Shown: piece after piece, positions 43,602 through 55,416 of the stretch
How the letters are laid out: every line of letters begins with the position of its first letter
Position numbering within the stretch: the first letter of the stretch is position 1
Source of the DNA: a virus
Lineage: Duplodnaviria > Caudoviricetes
Virus record (IMG/VR): IMGVR_UViG_3300032312_001225
Span: 1,187-65,186 of that record
DNA: 64,000 bases
Direction: 5' to 3' (one strand)
The notes under the pieces: model-generated
Seen by the model: the letters and a program-made list of their open reading frames with translations, nothing else
Told to the model about the DNA's origin: nothing
Database searches by the model: none
Translations under genes and position numbers: made by a program

Positions 43602-44642
43602 ATGTCAAAGACAGTATTAATCACCGGCGGTGCCGGATTCATCGCACATCATGTAATTGATAAAATTTTAAACGACACAGACTGGAAGATTGTTTGTTTG
43701 GATCGTTTGGATATTTCGGGCAACCTAAATCGCCTACACGATATGCTACAGGACCACGATCCTGCCAAAGTAAGCAAGCGTATGCGTATCGTATTTCATG
43801 ATCTCAAAGCCGAACTAAATGAAATGATTGTCAAGGACATTGGCAACATTGACATTGTGCTACATTTGGCCGCCGGATCACATGTGGATCGCAGTATTCA
43901 GTACCCAATGGAGTTTGTGCAGGACAACGTGGTAGGCACAGTACACCTGTTGGACTATGCTCGCAAGTGTTTGCCCAACCTGGAACGTTTTGTTTATTTC
44001 TCCACAGATGAAATCTTTGGTGTGGCTCCTCCGGGTGTTAGCTATAAAGAGTACGATCGTTACAACAGTACCAACCCTTATTCGGCTAGTAAAGCAGCCG
44101 CAGAAGAGTTCTGTGTTGCATATGAAAACACCTACAAGATGCCTATTGTGGTAACACATACCATGAACGTGTTTGGTGAACGTCAGCATCCGGAGAAGTT
44201 TATTCCCATGTGTATCCAACGTGCCAGGGATGGCGAAAAAGTGTACATCCATGCCAACGAGGATTGCACAGAAGCTGGCACACGCATGTACATCCACGCC
44301 AAGGATGTGGCTGAAGGTTTGATGTTTATTCTTGAAACTCTACCAGCAGACTATAAACACACAGGCGACTATGGGTGGGCTCACTGCCCCAAGTTTAACT
44401 TGGTAGGCACAGAAGAAATTGACAACTTGACCTTGGCCCGGATGGTGGCTGCTGCACAAGGCAAGGAACTTGTTTACGAAATGGTTGACTTCCACGGAAG
44501 CAGACCTGGACACGACTTGCGTTATGCATTGGATGGCGGCCTGTTGAAAGAGCTAGGATGGGAGCCAAAGATTAAACTAAGTGAACGCATTACAGAAATG
44601 ACTAAATGGACTTTGGAGAACAATAGATGGCTCAGCAAGTAA
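43602..44642 (+). CDS. NDP-glucose 4,6-dehydratase (RmlB-like)
   Basis: TGGAGFIA, AAGSHVDRS, STDEIFG, NPYSASK, RPGHDLRY. Confidence 0.9.
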   Translation: MSKTVLITGGAGFIAHHVIDKILNDTDWKIVCLDRLDISGNLNRLHDMLQDHDPAKVSKRMRIVFHDLKAELNEMIVKDIGNIDIVLHLAAGSHVDRSIQYPMEFVQDNVVGTVHLLDYARKCLPNLERFVYFSTDEIFGVAPPGVSYKEYDRYNSTNPYSASKAAAEEFCVAYENTYKMPIVVTHTMNVFGERQHPEKFIPMCIQRARDGEKVYIHANEDCTEAGTRMYIHAKDVAEGLMFILETLPADYKHTGDYGWAHCPKFNLVGTEEIDNLTLARMVAAAQGKELVYEMVDFHGSRPGHDLRYALDGGLLKELGWEPKIKLSERITEMTKWTLENNRWLSK

Positions 44643-45352
44643 AACACGCATTTGTAGTAACAAGTGCTGTTAATAGTAAGTTTGGTGTGTTCTCTCCTGC
44701 AGAACGATTGCAACAAACACTTGATACAATCACCAGTATTCGAAGCAAGATACCCGATGCCAAAATCTTTATCATGGAATGCTGTGGTACCCCGGTAACC
44801 GAAGAGCAACTGATTGCCTTGGCCAAATCCTGTGACACAGTTATTAATTTTAGCACAGACCCAGACGTACAAGACATGTACGATAGCGACAACTGGGACG
44901 TGGTTAAAAACGGCACAGAAATCATGTGCTTTAGTCGTGCATTGACCATGCTAAAAGATTCTGGTCAATTTGCGGGTGTTGATCGTATACACAAAATGTC
45001 CGGGCGTTACATATTGAATGACATGTTTGATCCTGACACCTATGAACAAACTGACGTAGCCGACAAGTTTATCATTGGACCCAAATATAAAAGTCAATTC
45101 CCTATAGAAGTAACCACAGTTCCACTACAGTACATGGCACGCCTTTGGTCGTGGCCCGTGACAAGACTTGATGAAACTATACAAATTTATCAAGACAGTT
45201 TTGTGTTCTTTGCTCAACGTGTGGCTGCAGGCGGTTATGTGGACATTGAGCATGTGTTGTATAAATTTTTACCACAGGAACATGTACACGAAATACAAAA
45301 CCTGGGCGTAGAAGGTTGTATTGCACCCAACGGTACAGCAATCAAAAACTAA
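44627..45352 (+). CDS. hypothetical protein in the glycan cluster
   Basis: 241-aa ORF coupled to neighbours; HKMSGRY motif. Confidence 0.55.
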   Translation: MAQQVKHAFVVTSAVNSKFGVFSPAERLQQTLDTITSIRSKIPDAKIFIMECCGTPVTEEQLIALAKSCDTVINFSTDPDVQDMYDSDNWDVVKNGTEIMCFSRALTMLKDSGQFAGVDRIHKMSGRYILNDMFDPDTYEQTDVADKFIIGPKYKSQFPIEVTTVPLQYMARLWSWPVTRLDETIQIYQDSFVFFAQRVAAGGYVDIEHVLYKFLPQEHVHEIQNLGVEGCIAPNGTAIKN

Positions 45353-46575
45353 TGGAAAAATTTCGACCCATAACAGAATGTTTAGCATGTGGTCATCATG
45401 TGCTGACGCCTACCTTGAATTTTGAGCCGCAACCCTTGGCCAATGCTTTTAGAGAAATTCGTACCACTATACATGAATCACGCTATCCATTGAGCATTAA
45501 TCGTTGTGAGTCATGTGATCATCTACAACTTACTCATGCTGTCAACCCCGAATTGATCTACAAACATTATTTGTATGTATCAGGGACCAGTGCCACACTG
45601 AGAGAGTATAGTGCTTGGTATGCTTGGTTTGTGCGTGAGCAATTTGATTATTGGCCTACCACAGTCTTAGACATTGGGTGCAACGATGGCAGTCAACTTG
45701 ATGCATTTCGTCAGGCACAATTTAAAACCTGGGGCATAGACCCTGCAGAAAACTTGTATCCTATATCCAGTGCTAACCACACAGTGGTGTGCGGATTCTG
45801 GAATGCAGAAACAGCCAAGCAGTTAGGACAAGAAAGCTTTGATGCAATTACCAGTCAAAATGCTTTTAGTCATATCCCCGATCCCTTGAGTTATTTAAAG
45901 TTGGCTGCAGAATATCTGCGACCCGATGGGCGACTCTTTATCAGTACCAGTCAAGCTGACATGGTTGTCAATGGTGAGTTTGATACTATCTATCACGAAC
46001 ATATCAGTTACTACAATGCCGAAAGCATGCGACGCCTGGCGGAACGTGCTGGATTATTCTTAGTTGACGTTGTTAAAACTCCCATACATGGTACAAGTTA
46101 TATTTTTGTATTGGCTCGACAACCACGCAATGAGTACAGAGTAAAAAACATATTGGCTACAGAAACACGCTTGCACCAACCAGAAACATATCACACATGG
46201 TCCACCAATGTAAAAGATTTACTTACACGATTAAAAGATCAAATTGATGAGTATCGTGGATTTGGTTATACAGTGATAGGTTACGGGGCTGCGGCCAAGG
46301 GCATGACTTTGATCAATGCGTCGGGTATCAATCTTGATGTTGTGATAGACGATAATCCGCTCAAACAAGGATTGTACTGCCCAGGCACAGAAATACCTGT
46401 GGTCAGCGGTGATTATATTCAACAGATGCCTACAGATAAAAAAGTCATATTTGTTCCGTTGGCCTGGAATTTTTACACAGAAATTACAAACAAGATCAAG
46501 GCAGTCCGAAATCAACCCGGCGACGGATTTATGCGTTACTTCCCCAAATTAAAAACCGATTTCAATGACGACTGA
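45352..46575 (+). CDS. NDP-hexose 3-C-methyltransferase-like protein (Zn-binding, TylCIII/EryBIII type)
   Basis: CLACG...CESCDHLQL, LDIGCNDG, DTIYHEHISYY, YGAAAKG, PLAWNF. Confidence 0.85.
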   Translation: MEKFRPITECLACGHHVLTPTLNFEPQPLANAFREIRTTIHESRYPLSINRCESCDHLQLTHAVNPELIYKHYLYVSGTSATLREYSAWYAWFVREQFDYWPTTVLDIGCNDGSQLDAFRQAQFKTWGIDPAENLYPISSANHTVVCGFWNAETAKQLGQESFDAITSQNAFSHIPDPLSYLKLAAEYLRPDGRLFISTSQADMVVNGEFDTIYHEHISYYNAESMRRLAERAGLFLVDVVKTPIHGTSYIFVLARQPRNEYRVKNILATETRLHQPETYHTWSTNVKDLLTRLKDQIDEYRGFGYTVIGYGAAAKGMTLINASGINLDVVIDDNPLKQGLYCPGTEIPVVSGDYIQQMPTDKKVIFVPLAWNFYTEITNKIKAVRNQPGDGFMRYFPKLKTDFNDD

Positions 46576-46936
46576 GTTTGGTTTTCCTGTGATTGAGCTG
46601 GTTGACAGATATACTATAGCTCGTGTAAAATACGACAAAACCAGTGGAGCCAATGCAGCTGAGTTGGATTTCTACTCTGCACAAATAGCCAAGTTAGATG
46701 TCAAGTTAATACAAGCAGAGTTATTGGCATTAGAAGATATACATCGGCGCATTTGGGCCATGGAAGATGATTTTAAGAAATGTCGCATTGACGGCGCCGA
46801 TCTAAGTGAAATAGGACAACGTGCTTTGGACATACGAGATTTAAACAATTATAGAGTACAGTATAAAAATTCGATAGCAGACAAACTAAACGACCCTGTT
46901 CGAGAAATCAAACAAGATCATACCAGTGAAAATTGA
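46565..46936 (+). CDS. hypothetical helical protein
   Basis: PVIELVDRYTI..IWAMEDD..R...KNSI; 123 aa. Confidence 0.55.
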   Translation: MTTEFGFPVIELVDRYTIARVKYDKTSGANAAELDFYSAQIAKLDVKLIQAELLALEDIHRRIWAMEDDFKKCRIDGADLSEIGQRALDIRDLNNYRVQYKNSIADKLNDPVREIKQDHTSEN

Positions 46937-47816
46937 ACAACCGATAAACATTCTAGTACAACGACGTGCCGCAATTGGCGATGTTATCATGACCACGGGT
47001 GTGGTACGTGAGCTCAAACGTCAGTATGGTGACAATGCAAACATTGACATTGCCACAGACTTTGCTGAACCTTACCGCAACAATCCACATATACGTAACA
47101 TATTCCCTGTGGATCAAGTTCCCGATGTCAAAGATCGTTGGGACATATATTATAACCTAGATGATGCGTACGAACTCAATCCCACAGAGCACTATGTAAA
47201 AAACTATTTTTATCGTGTGTTTGCCGACACTACCAAAAACATGGCGGTTGAGTTATTCCCCACCGATGAAGATAAAGCGGCTGTAGATGCAGATTTAACG
47301 GATATCGGCGATCGGTTCATTGTGGTTCACATGCGTAACTGGCATTGGTCTGCCAAGAACATCACATTAGATGTTTGGCTTGATGTGTATGCTCGGCTAT
47401 TTGAATCTCGCACAGACTTTAAAGTGGTATGCGTAGGCGGAGCAACGGATCACTACATTGAACATCCATTGTTTGTTGATCTTCGTGCAAAATACAACAG
47501 CCAACAACTCAAGTATCTGTGTGATCATGCACAATGTTTTGTTGGCATTGACTCAGGTCCGTTCCAGTGTGCTGCGGCAAGTGACACTCACATTGTTGCT
47601 TTGCTAACACACCTGGATCCTGACTGTATTATGCCGTTACGATGGGTATGTTCCAGTAGAAACAGCACAGCTATTACAACCATGGAAGACTGTCGTGGGT
47701 GTAACAAGGATCAGGCTCGCCCAGTGCGCCAGCTGGTATGTAAAAAGGGTAACACACCGTGTAACAACAACTTTGACACAGAAAAAATTGCTACAGCTAT
47801 TTTAGGACAATTATGA
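46926..47816 (+). CDS. glycosyltransferase, GT9 (heptosyltransferase)-like
   Basis: RRAAIGDVIMTT, FVGIDSGP, C.GC. Confidence 0.75.
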   Translation: MKIEQPINILVQRRAAIGDVIMTTGVVRELKRQYGDNANIDIATDFAEPYRNNPHIRNIFPVDQVPDVKDRWDIYYNLDDAYELNPTEHYVKNYFYRVFADTTKNMAVELFPTDEDKAAVDADLTDIGDRFIVVHMRNWHWSAKNITLDVWLDVYARLFESRTDFKVVCVGGATDHYIEHPLFVDLRAKYNSQQLKYLCDHAQCFVGIDSGPFQCAAASDTHIVALLTHLDPDCIMPLRWVCSSRNSTAITTMEDCRGCNKDQARPVRQLVCKKGNTPCNNNFDTEKIATAILGQL

Positions 47817-48574
47817 AAACATACAGACATTCAGGTACTCTAGGCGACCTTATCTACAGCCTAAGCGTGGTAAAGAAAATGGAACCAGGACAGTTCTTGG
47901 TTGCGTTGAACAACATTGAAAATTGTGTCAGTCAATACGGATATAGACCTGACGAAGTAGATCCTGCACACAAGGGTCGCTTTACAGAACAAGACTTTGA
48001 ATGGCTTAAACCCCTGCTCAAACGTCAAAGTTATATTGACGCTGTGGGTACCTGGCGCCAAGGTGATGCTGAACCCACAGTGGACCTGGACCGGTTCCGT
48101 GGAACCTTGTTTCGTGGTTTTGAAGGTAACTATGTACAAGCATACCATATAGCATTTGGCTTGCCATTTACCATGGCAGACTATGATACTCCGTGGCTAG
48201 AAGCAGACCCAGTCACAATCAAACCCATGGTAGTAAGCCGTACGTTCCGTTATCGTGATCCTGCTGCCGATGCCACATGGAAAAAAATGGCCGAAGATGG
48301 TTTACTGGATCGGCTGGGTATTTTTGTAGGCACCGAAGCTGAACATGCGGATTTTGTACAGGTGACCGGAGTTGCCGTGCCTTATCACCCAGTCAATAAC
48401 TTTTTAGAACTGGCCAACATTGTGGCTGGCGCCAGCTTGATTATGGCCAATCAAAACTTTGTATACAGTTTGGCCATGGGCTTGGGCAAGCAAACTGTGT
48501 TGGAAACTATCAAAATTAAACCCCTACAAAATAACGAGTGTTTCTTCCCAAGAGCCAACGCCCAGTATTTTTAA
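47813..48574 (+). CDS. putative GT9-like glycosyltransferase
   Basis: HSGTLGDLIYSL, DLDRFR, FLELANIVAGASLIMANQ. Confidence 0.5.
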   Translation: MKTYRHSGTLGDLIYSLSVVKKMEPGQFLVALNNIENCVSQYGYRPDEVDPAHKGRFTEQDFEWLKPLLKRQSYIDAVGTWRQGDAEPTVDLDRFRGTLFRGFEGNYVQAYHIAFGLPFTMADYDTPWLEADPVTIKPMVVSRTFRYRDPAADATWKKMAEDGLLDRLGIFVGTEAEHADFVQVTGVAVPYHPVNNFLELANIVAGASLIMANQNFVYSLAMGLGKQTVLETIKIKPLQNNECFFPRANAQYF

Positions 48575-48599
48575 GAGGTAAATATTTTTGTGGTAGTTG

Positions 48600-48628
48600 T
48601 TGACAATGCCACAATCTTGTAGTACAAT
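48600..48628 (+). promoter_or_regulatory. sigma70-like promoter for groESL
   Basis: TTGACA-17-TACAAT. Confidence 0.75.
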
Positions 48629-48666
48629 AAACAAACTATTTTATATCATTTCATTTAAAGGAGATT

Positions 48667-48966
48667 ATGATGAATCTAAAACCGCTATCTGATAGGGTCG
48701 TAGTTCGCCGTGTTGACAGTGAAACTGTAACTAAGGGCGGCATCTTTATTCCTGATGCAGCCACAGAGAAAGCCGATCAAGGCACAGTACTTGCTGTTGG
48801 ACCAGGTAAACGCAATGCACAAACCAGTGAGCTAGTTGCTCTTGGTGTTGCTGTGAACGACCGAGTCTTATTTGGTAAATTTTCTGGACAGACTGTCAAA
48901 GTCGACGGAGAAGAGCTTTTAATTTTAAAAGAGGAAGATATCCTCGCTGTTATTCAAGGAGAATAA
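48667..48966 (+). CDS. groES: co-chaperonin GroES
   Basis: [40 protein letters not shown]. Confidence 0.96.
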   Translation: MMNLKPLSDRVVVRRVDSETVTKGGIFIPDAATEKADQGTVLAVGPGKRNAQTSELVALGVAVNDRVLFGKFSGQTVKVDGEELLILKEEDILAVIQGE

Positions 48967-50589
<1,623 letters not shown>

Positions 50590-50608
50590 GTTAGTGCGTA
50601 CTAACATC

Positions 50609-50631
50609 AAACCCGCTCCGGCGGGTTTTTT
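50609..50631 (+). terminator. intrinsic terminator
   Basis: AAACCCGC-TCCG-GCGGGTTT plus T-run. Confidence 0.85.
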
Positions 50632-50632
50632 G

Positions 50633-50661
50633 TTGACCGATAAATCTATTAAATGTATAAT
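50633..50661 (+). promoter_or_regulatory. sigma70-like promoter
   Basis: TTGACC-17-TATAAT. Confidence 0.75.
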
Positions 50662-50670
50662 AGCTTTACT

Positions 50671-51135
50671 ATGAAATATTTTGCATATGGTATGAATACC
50701 AACTTAGCCCAAATGGCCATACGATGTCCCCGAGCTCAAAGTTTGGGCAGAGCTACATTAATGGGTCATGAATTCCGTTTTGCACGTCATGCGGATATAA
50801 TCACTGATCCTGAATTTGTTACTCAAGGAGTATTATGGGAAATTACTCCTGATTGCGAACTGGCCTTAGACGCATTAGAAGGTTATCCCGCATATTATCT
50901 AAAGAAAATGGTTCGTGTATTACACAATGGTAAATCAGTAGAATGTATGACATATTATATGGCTGGTGATTTACCTGACGAATATCCTTCGGATGGATAT
51001 TTAGAAATGTTAATGGACGGATATAAAGAACACGGGGTAGATAATCGTCAATTATATTTTAGCCTGGCGGTAATTCAACAAATTGAAAAAAGACGGGCCG
51101 AAGCAGAAAAAGTCTACTTTCATTATTTTAATTAA
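50671..51135 (+). CDS. gamma-glutamylcyclotransferase (AIG2-like)
   Basis: YFAYGMN, GVLWEI, LDALEG..Y. Confidence 0.8.
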   Translation: MKYFAYGMNTNLAQMAIRCPRAQSLGRATLMGHEFRFARHADIITDPEFVTQGVLWEITPDCELALDALEGYPAYYLKKMVRVLHNGKSVECMTYYMAGDLPDEYPSDGYLEMLMDGYKEHGVDNRQLYFSLAVIQQIEKRRAEAEKVYFHYFN

Positions 51136-51357
51136 ATGAATACAGTTAATATAATAAAATGGACGGCTACCGCAGTGGTATTATTGGGTGCAGTATTGGC
51201 CAGTTTAGGAATATATCCATATTCGGCCATTGTATTAAATGCGGGTAGTTTTTTATTTTTAATATGGGCCATATTGATTCGTGACCGTGCAATGATCACA
51301 GTTAATTTTGGATTATTAATGATTTACTCAATTGGATTAACAATAAAACTATTATGA
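51136..51357 (+). CDS. small membrane protein
   Basis: Three hydrophobic segments, 73 aa. Confidence 0.6.
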   Translation: MNTVNIIKWTATAVVLLGAVLASLGIYPYSAIVLNAGSFLFLIWAILIRDRAMITVNFGLLMIYSIGLTIKLL

Positions 51358-51545
51358 AACTCAAGAATATGATTATCGACGAATATGAGCAGGCATTTCC
51401 TTTTGAATCAGAATACACTGATTGGATTAACTGCATGGAAACGGACTATTCCGCCGCTAAGTTAGTGGTCACTGACCGTACAAATATAGTGTTGCATAAA
51501 GACAACATGGAAGAATACAGCCCTTACGCTACTGTAAACAGTTGA
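51354..51545 (+). CDS. hypothetical protein
   Basis: 63-aa acidic ORF with ATGA coupling. Confidence 0.45.
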   Translation: MKLKNMIIDEYEQAFPFESEYTDWINCMETDYSAAKLVVTDRTNIVLHKDNMEEYSPYATVNS

Positions 51546-51570
51546 CCCATAATTCCATTTAATGTATAAT
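51542..51570 (+). promoter_or_regulatory. sigma70-like promoter
   Basis: TTGACC-17-TATAAT. Confidence 0.75.
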
Positions 51571-51601
51571 AGTTGTATTGTTAATAAAGAAGGAGCTAAG
51601 T

Positions 51602-52648
51602 ATGTCAGTATCATTTATTCGCATTAAGTCTGGCGCATATCGCACAACAGATGTGAGCGGTCAGGTATTCCAGTTGGTAGAACAATATAAATTCACAGCC
51701 AAAGGTGGTTATGTGACTGTAAAAAACGGTGGTAGATTCCCTGGCTTTCCAGAAGAAATCCGTGTCAAGGTTGATGGCATGAGCGATTACGACTTTGTAA
51801 CAGAAGCAGAATTTGTTGACGCTGGTAATACTCCGGTTAAAGAAGCCACAGCCCTAGAAGTGGCCAATGAAACGGACGAACAAGTTATTGAGCGTATTCG
51901 TCAGCGTTTTGAAATTCTAGACGAAATGACCACTGCCGCTACAAATGGCGAGATCCGTGCTATGATTGTATCAGGACCTCCGGGTGTTGGTAAGTCGTTT
52001 GGTGTAGAACGCATTGTGGAAAAGGCCTGTTTGTTTGATCAAATCTCAGGCAAGCGTCTCCGTGCAGAAGTTGTTAAAGGTTCGGCAACAGCACTTGGCC
52101 TATATTCGACACTTTACAAGTATAGTGATTCCAACTGTATGTTGGTGTTTGATGACTGTGATTCAATCTTGTTAGATGACGTCGCCCTGAACTTGCTCAA
52201 AGGTGCACTAGATTCAGGTAAGAAGCGTAAGATTTCGTGGTTGAGTGACAGCAGTTTATTGCGTCGCGAAGGCATTCCGGATAGCTTCAACTTCAACGGT
52301 AGTGTGGTGTTTATTACCAATCTCAAGTTTGATCAAATGAAATCACAGAAGTTGCGTGATCACTTGGATGCACTACAATCACGCTGTCACTATCTGGACT
52401 TGACCCTTGACACCATGCGTGACAAAGTGTTGCGTATCAAGCAGATTGCCAAAGACGGCGAACTGTTTGCCGAGTACGATTTTGCTCAATGCGAACAAGA
52501 TGAAATCATTGAGTTTCTTGAGTCTAACAAGAACAAGTTCCGTGAAATGAGTTTACGTATGGCTATCAAGATTGCAGACTTGCGTAAGAGTTTCCCACTC
52601 AAATGGAAGGCCATGGCTGAAGTAACTTGTATGAAGGCCGCGGCATAA
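51602..52648 (+). CDS. AAA+ family ATPase
   Basis: SGPPGVGKS, LVFDDCD, FITN, SRC; AAGGAG RBS before 51602. Confidence 0.85.
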   Translation: MSVSFIRIKSGAYRTTDVSGQVFQLVEQYKFTAKGGYVTVKNGGRFPGFPEEIRVKVDGMSDYDFVTEAEFVDAGNTPVKEATALEVANETDEQVIERIRQRFEILDEMTTAATNGEIRAMIVSGPPGVGKSFGVERIVEKACLFDQISGKRLRAEVVKGSATALGLYSTLYKYSDSNCMLVFDDCDSILLDDVALNLLKGALDSGKKRKISWLSDSSLLRREGIPDSFNFNGSVVFITNLKFDQMKSQKLRDHLDALQSRCHYLDLTLDTMRDKVLRIKQIAKDGELFAEYDFAQCEQDEIIEFLESNKNKFREMSLRMAIKIADLRKSFPLKWKAMAEVTCMKAAA

Positions 52649-52713
52649 ACGGTTTCCACAGTCACCTAGACTGTGGCCCATAACTCTTTTTAGCTCCTGA
52701 GTTATGGTTTGAC

Positions 52714-52746
52714 AATCCCCGGGTTTAATCGCTTGGGGATTTTTTT
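52714..52746 (+). terminator. intrinsic terminator (third of three consecutive hairpins)
   Basis: AATCCCC...GGGGATT plus T-run. Confidence 0.75.
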
Positions 52747-52748
52747 AT

Positions 52749-52777
52749 TTGATTTTGCTGACAATGTATGCTACAAT
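52749..52777 (+). promoter_or_regulatory. sigma70-like promoter
   Basis: TTGATT-17-TACAAT. Confidence 0.55.
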
Positions 52778-52783
52778 AGCAAC

Positions 52784-53974
52784 ATGGCGCCGACATTATT
52801 TAAACATCCTCATGTGGAAGATTACATCGAAATCATTGCTGGTTATCGCAAACCCGATGGTACACAAAACTACAGTATTTTCACAGTAGGCGAAAGCCCA
52901 ATTAGCCTGGCCAGATACGATATGAAAATTGTGCCCAGCTTGGCTGAACAAACTCTGGGACAAGGCAAAGGTTACACTGACAAGCAGGCTCGATTGGCCG
53001 CCGACTTGGTATTAAAATACGAACGACAGTTGTTTAAACTTGGCATTGATGTGGTACCGGTCCGTACACCCCAATACAGATTGCCTATTAGAACAATTGA
53101 TCGCAACACAGGAGTCTGGGTTGACAATGACGTAATCAAACTTAAATTTCCGTATGATACCGAGCTGATAGATACCGTGAGAACAGTTGCCAAAGAAAGC
53201 AAAGGATTGTTTAGGTTCAATCGCGATACCAGGATACACGAAGCCGCACTGACCGAATGGAATTTGAACTGGATCTACGAGTTTGCCCAACAACACAATT
53301 TTAACATTGATGCCAGCATCAAAGACCTAATGAAATTGGTTTTAGCAACAGAACAAACAGACTATAAAATTGAATTACAGTACGCCCAATCAGGATTGAC
53401 TGTTACCAACGCTGAAACAAGTTTGATAGATTATGTAAAACAATTCCTGGGTGGATTTGATCTAAGCAATATTCTTACCTTGTGTGACCATGCTCCTGTG
53501 CTGGGATATTCTGTACACAAAGACATTGAAACAGATGTAATTAGAAACTTTAATACCAGGTTATGGAGCCTGTGTGCCAATCGTCAGCTCAAGGTTGATC
53601 CTGGTACTGCTGATAACTTGATCAAAGACTTGGTTGACTACGCAGAACTTACCCGCAGGTTTCCTATATTTGTTTATGAACCAGACCTTAGTGGTAGACT
53701 GCTGGCAGAGTTTACAAAGTTCTTCCCCGACCAGATAGTTAATTTTACTAACAAGAGTGCAGACAATACCATTGACAGCAATACCAAAATTGTGTATACT
53801 ACTAAAATACCCAAACAACCAGTTGAGCGTATTCCACTCATGGTCAGCGGTGCTGGTATGCTGTACGGTGGCGACAGACAGATGTGGATACAAGCCGCCG
53901 AAAAGGTTGTGTACTTTACTAAAGATGTGTATAATAAAAACACTAAAGGACCAGAAGTTTGCAAGCTAAACTAA
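52784..53974 (+). CDS. hypothetical protein
   Basis: ~396-aa ORF upstream of uvsW; start 52784 (ORF track 52709). Confidence 0.6.
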   Translation: MAPTLFKHPHVEDYIEIIAGYRKPDGTQNYSIFTVGESPISLARYDMKIVPSLAEQTLGQGKGYTDKQARLAADLVLKYERQLFKLGIDVVPVRTPQYRLPIRTIDRNTGVWVDNDVIKLKFPYDTELIDTVRTVAKESKGLFRFNRDTRIHEAALTEWNLNWIYEFAQQHNFNIDASIKDLMKLVLATEQTDYKIELQYAQSGLTVTNAETSLIDYVKQFLGGFDLSNILTLCDHAPVLGYSVHKDIETDVIRNFNTRLWSLCANRQLKVDPGTADNLIKDLVDYAELTRRFPIFVYEPDLSGRLLAEFTKFFPDQIVNFTNKSADNTIDSNTKIVYTTKIPKQPVERIPLMVSGAGMLYGGDRQMWIQAAEKVVYFTKDVYNKNTKGPEVCKLN

Positions 53975-55416
53975 TTATACGTGATGAAGTCAATGTCAAA
54001 ATAGAAGGACTGGACCTGACCACACGTAAAAATCTTGTTAATAAATTCAAGTACGAAATTCCTGGGGCAAGATATCAGCCTAGTGTTCGACTTGGACGAT
54101 GGGATGGCAAAGTTGCGTTTTTTCAACTGGGCGGTAGTACTTATATTAATCTATTGCCAGAAATCTTATCTTATTTGGAAGAGCAAGGCTACGACATTGA
54201 AGTAGAAGACACTAGAGAATACTCAACGTCATTTGCATTTGATCAAATTGCAGAAGATACTTTTGCTGGTACAGCTTGGCCTGCGGGACACCCGCGAGCT
54301 GGCGAACCTATCATGTTGCGTGACTATCAGGTTGAAATTTTAAATAACTTCTTAAGCAATCCGCAAAGCATACAAGAAATTGCCACCGGAGCAGGTAAGA
54401 CTATCATGACTGCGGCCTTGAGTAAGAGTATAGAGCCCTATGGGCGTAGCATTATTATTGTTCCTAACAAGAGCCTGGTTACACAGACTGAAGATGATTA
54501 CAAAAACCTAGGCCTGGATGTGGGTGTATACTTTGGCGATAGAAAAGAGTGGGGCAAGACACACACTATTTGTACTTGGCAAAGCCTAAACATACTGTTA
54601 AAGAACACAAAGAATCACGAAGCTGACTGTACCATTGGTGACTTTATTGAAGATGTGGTATGTATTATGGTGGATGAAGTGCATATGGCCAAGGCCGATG
54701 CATTAAAGACCTTGCTTACAGGTGTGTTCAGTCATGTACCTATCCGTTGGGGACTGACAGGCACTATTCCCAAAGAAGACTATGCCGCAGTCAGTATTTT
54801 TTGTAGCCTGGGCAATGTGGTAGGCAAACTCAGTGCAAGTGAACTTCAAGAAGCCGGCCATCTTGCCAACTGTCATGTAAATATAGTACAGCTGGTTGAT
54901 CATGTGGAGTACACAAATTATCAAACAGAATTAAAATATCTAGTAGAAACATCCGAGCGATTGGATTACATCGCTGATTTGGTCACTCGGGTCAACGGCA
55001 CAGGCAATACTTTGGTCTTGGTAGATCGTATTGCCACAGGCAAATTGCTAGTAGAAAAGTTGGGAGACCGAGCAGTATTTGTATCGGGTGCTACCAAAGC
55101 CAAAGACAGGAAAGACGAATATGATGAAGTTGCAATCAGTAGTGATAAGATTATTGTGGCTACCTATGGTGTTGCTGCTGTGGGTATTAATATCCCTAGG
55201 ATTTTTAATCTTGTGCTTGTTGAGCCCGGTAAGTCTTTTGTTCGCGTCATCCAATCAATCGGTCGCGGCATACGCAAGGCGGAAGACAAAGATCACGTCC
55301 AAATCTGGGACATAACCAGTACCTGCAAGTTTGCCAAACGACACCTAACAAAACGCAAGGCTTTTTACAAAGAAGCCAACTACCCATTTACATTAGAGAA
55401 GGCCGATTGGCAATGA
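53959..55416 (+). CDS. uvsW: SF2 DNA helicase UvsW-like
   Basis: LRDYQ, IATGAGKT, DEVH, GLTGT, GINIPR, QSIGRGIR. Confidence 0.9.
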   Translation: MQAKLIIRDEVNVKIEGLDLTTRKNLVNKFKYEIPGARYQPSVRLGRWDGKVAFFQLGGSTYINLLPEILSYLEEQGYDIEVEDTREYSTSFAFDQIAEDTFAGTAWPAGHPRAGEPIMLRDYQVEILNNFLSNPQSIQEIATGAGKTIMTAALSKSIEPYGRSIIIVPNKSLVTQTEDDYKNLGLDVGVYFGDRKEWGKTHTICTWQSLNILLKNTKNHEADCTIGDFIEDVVCIMVDEVHMAKADALKTLLTGVFSHVPIRWGLTGTIPKEDYAAVSIFCSLGNVVGKLSASELQEAGHLANCHVNIVQLVDHVEYTNYQTELKYLVETSERLDYIADLVTRVNGTGNTLVLVDRIATGKLLVEKLGDRAVFVSGATKAKDRKDEYDEVAISSDKIIVATYGVAAVGINIPRIFNLVLVEPGKSFVRVIQSIGRGIRKAEDKDHVQIWDITSTCKFAKRHLTKRKAFYKEANYPFTLEKADWQ

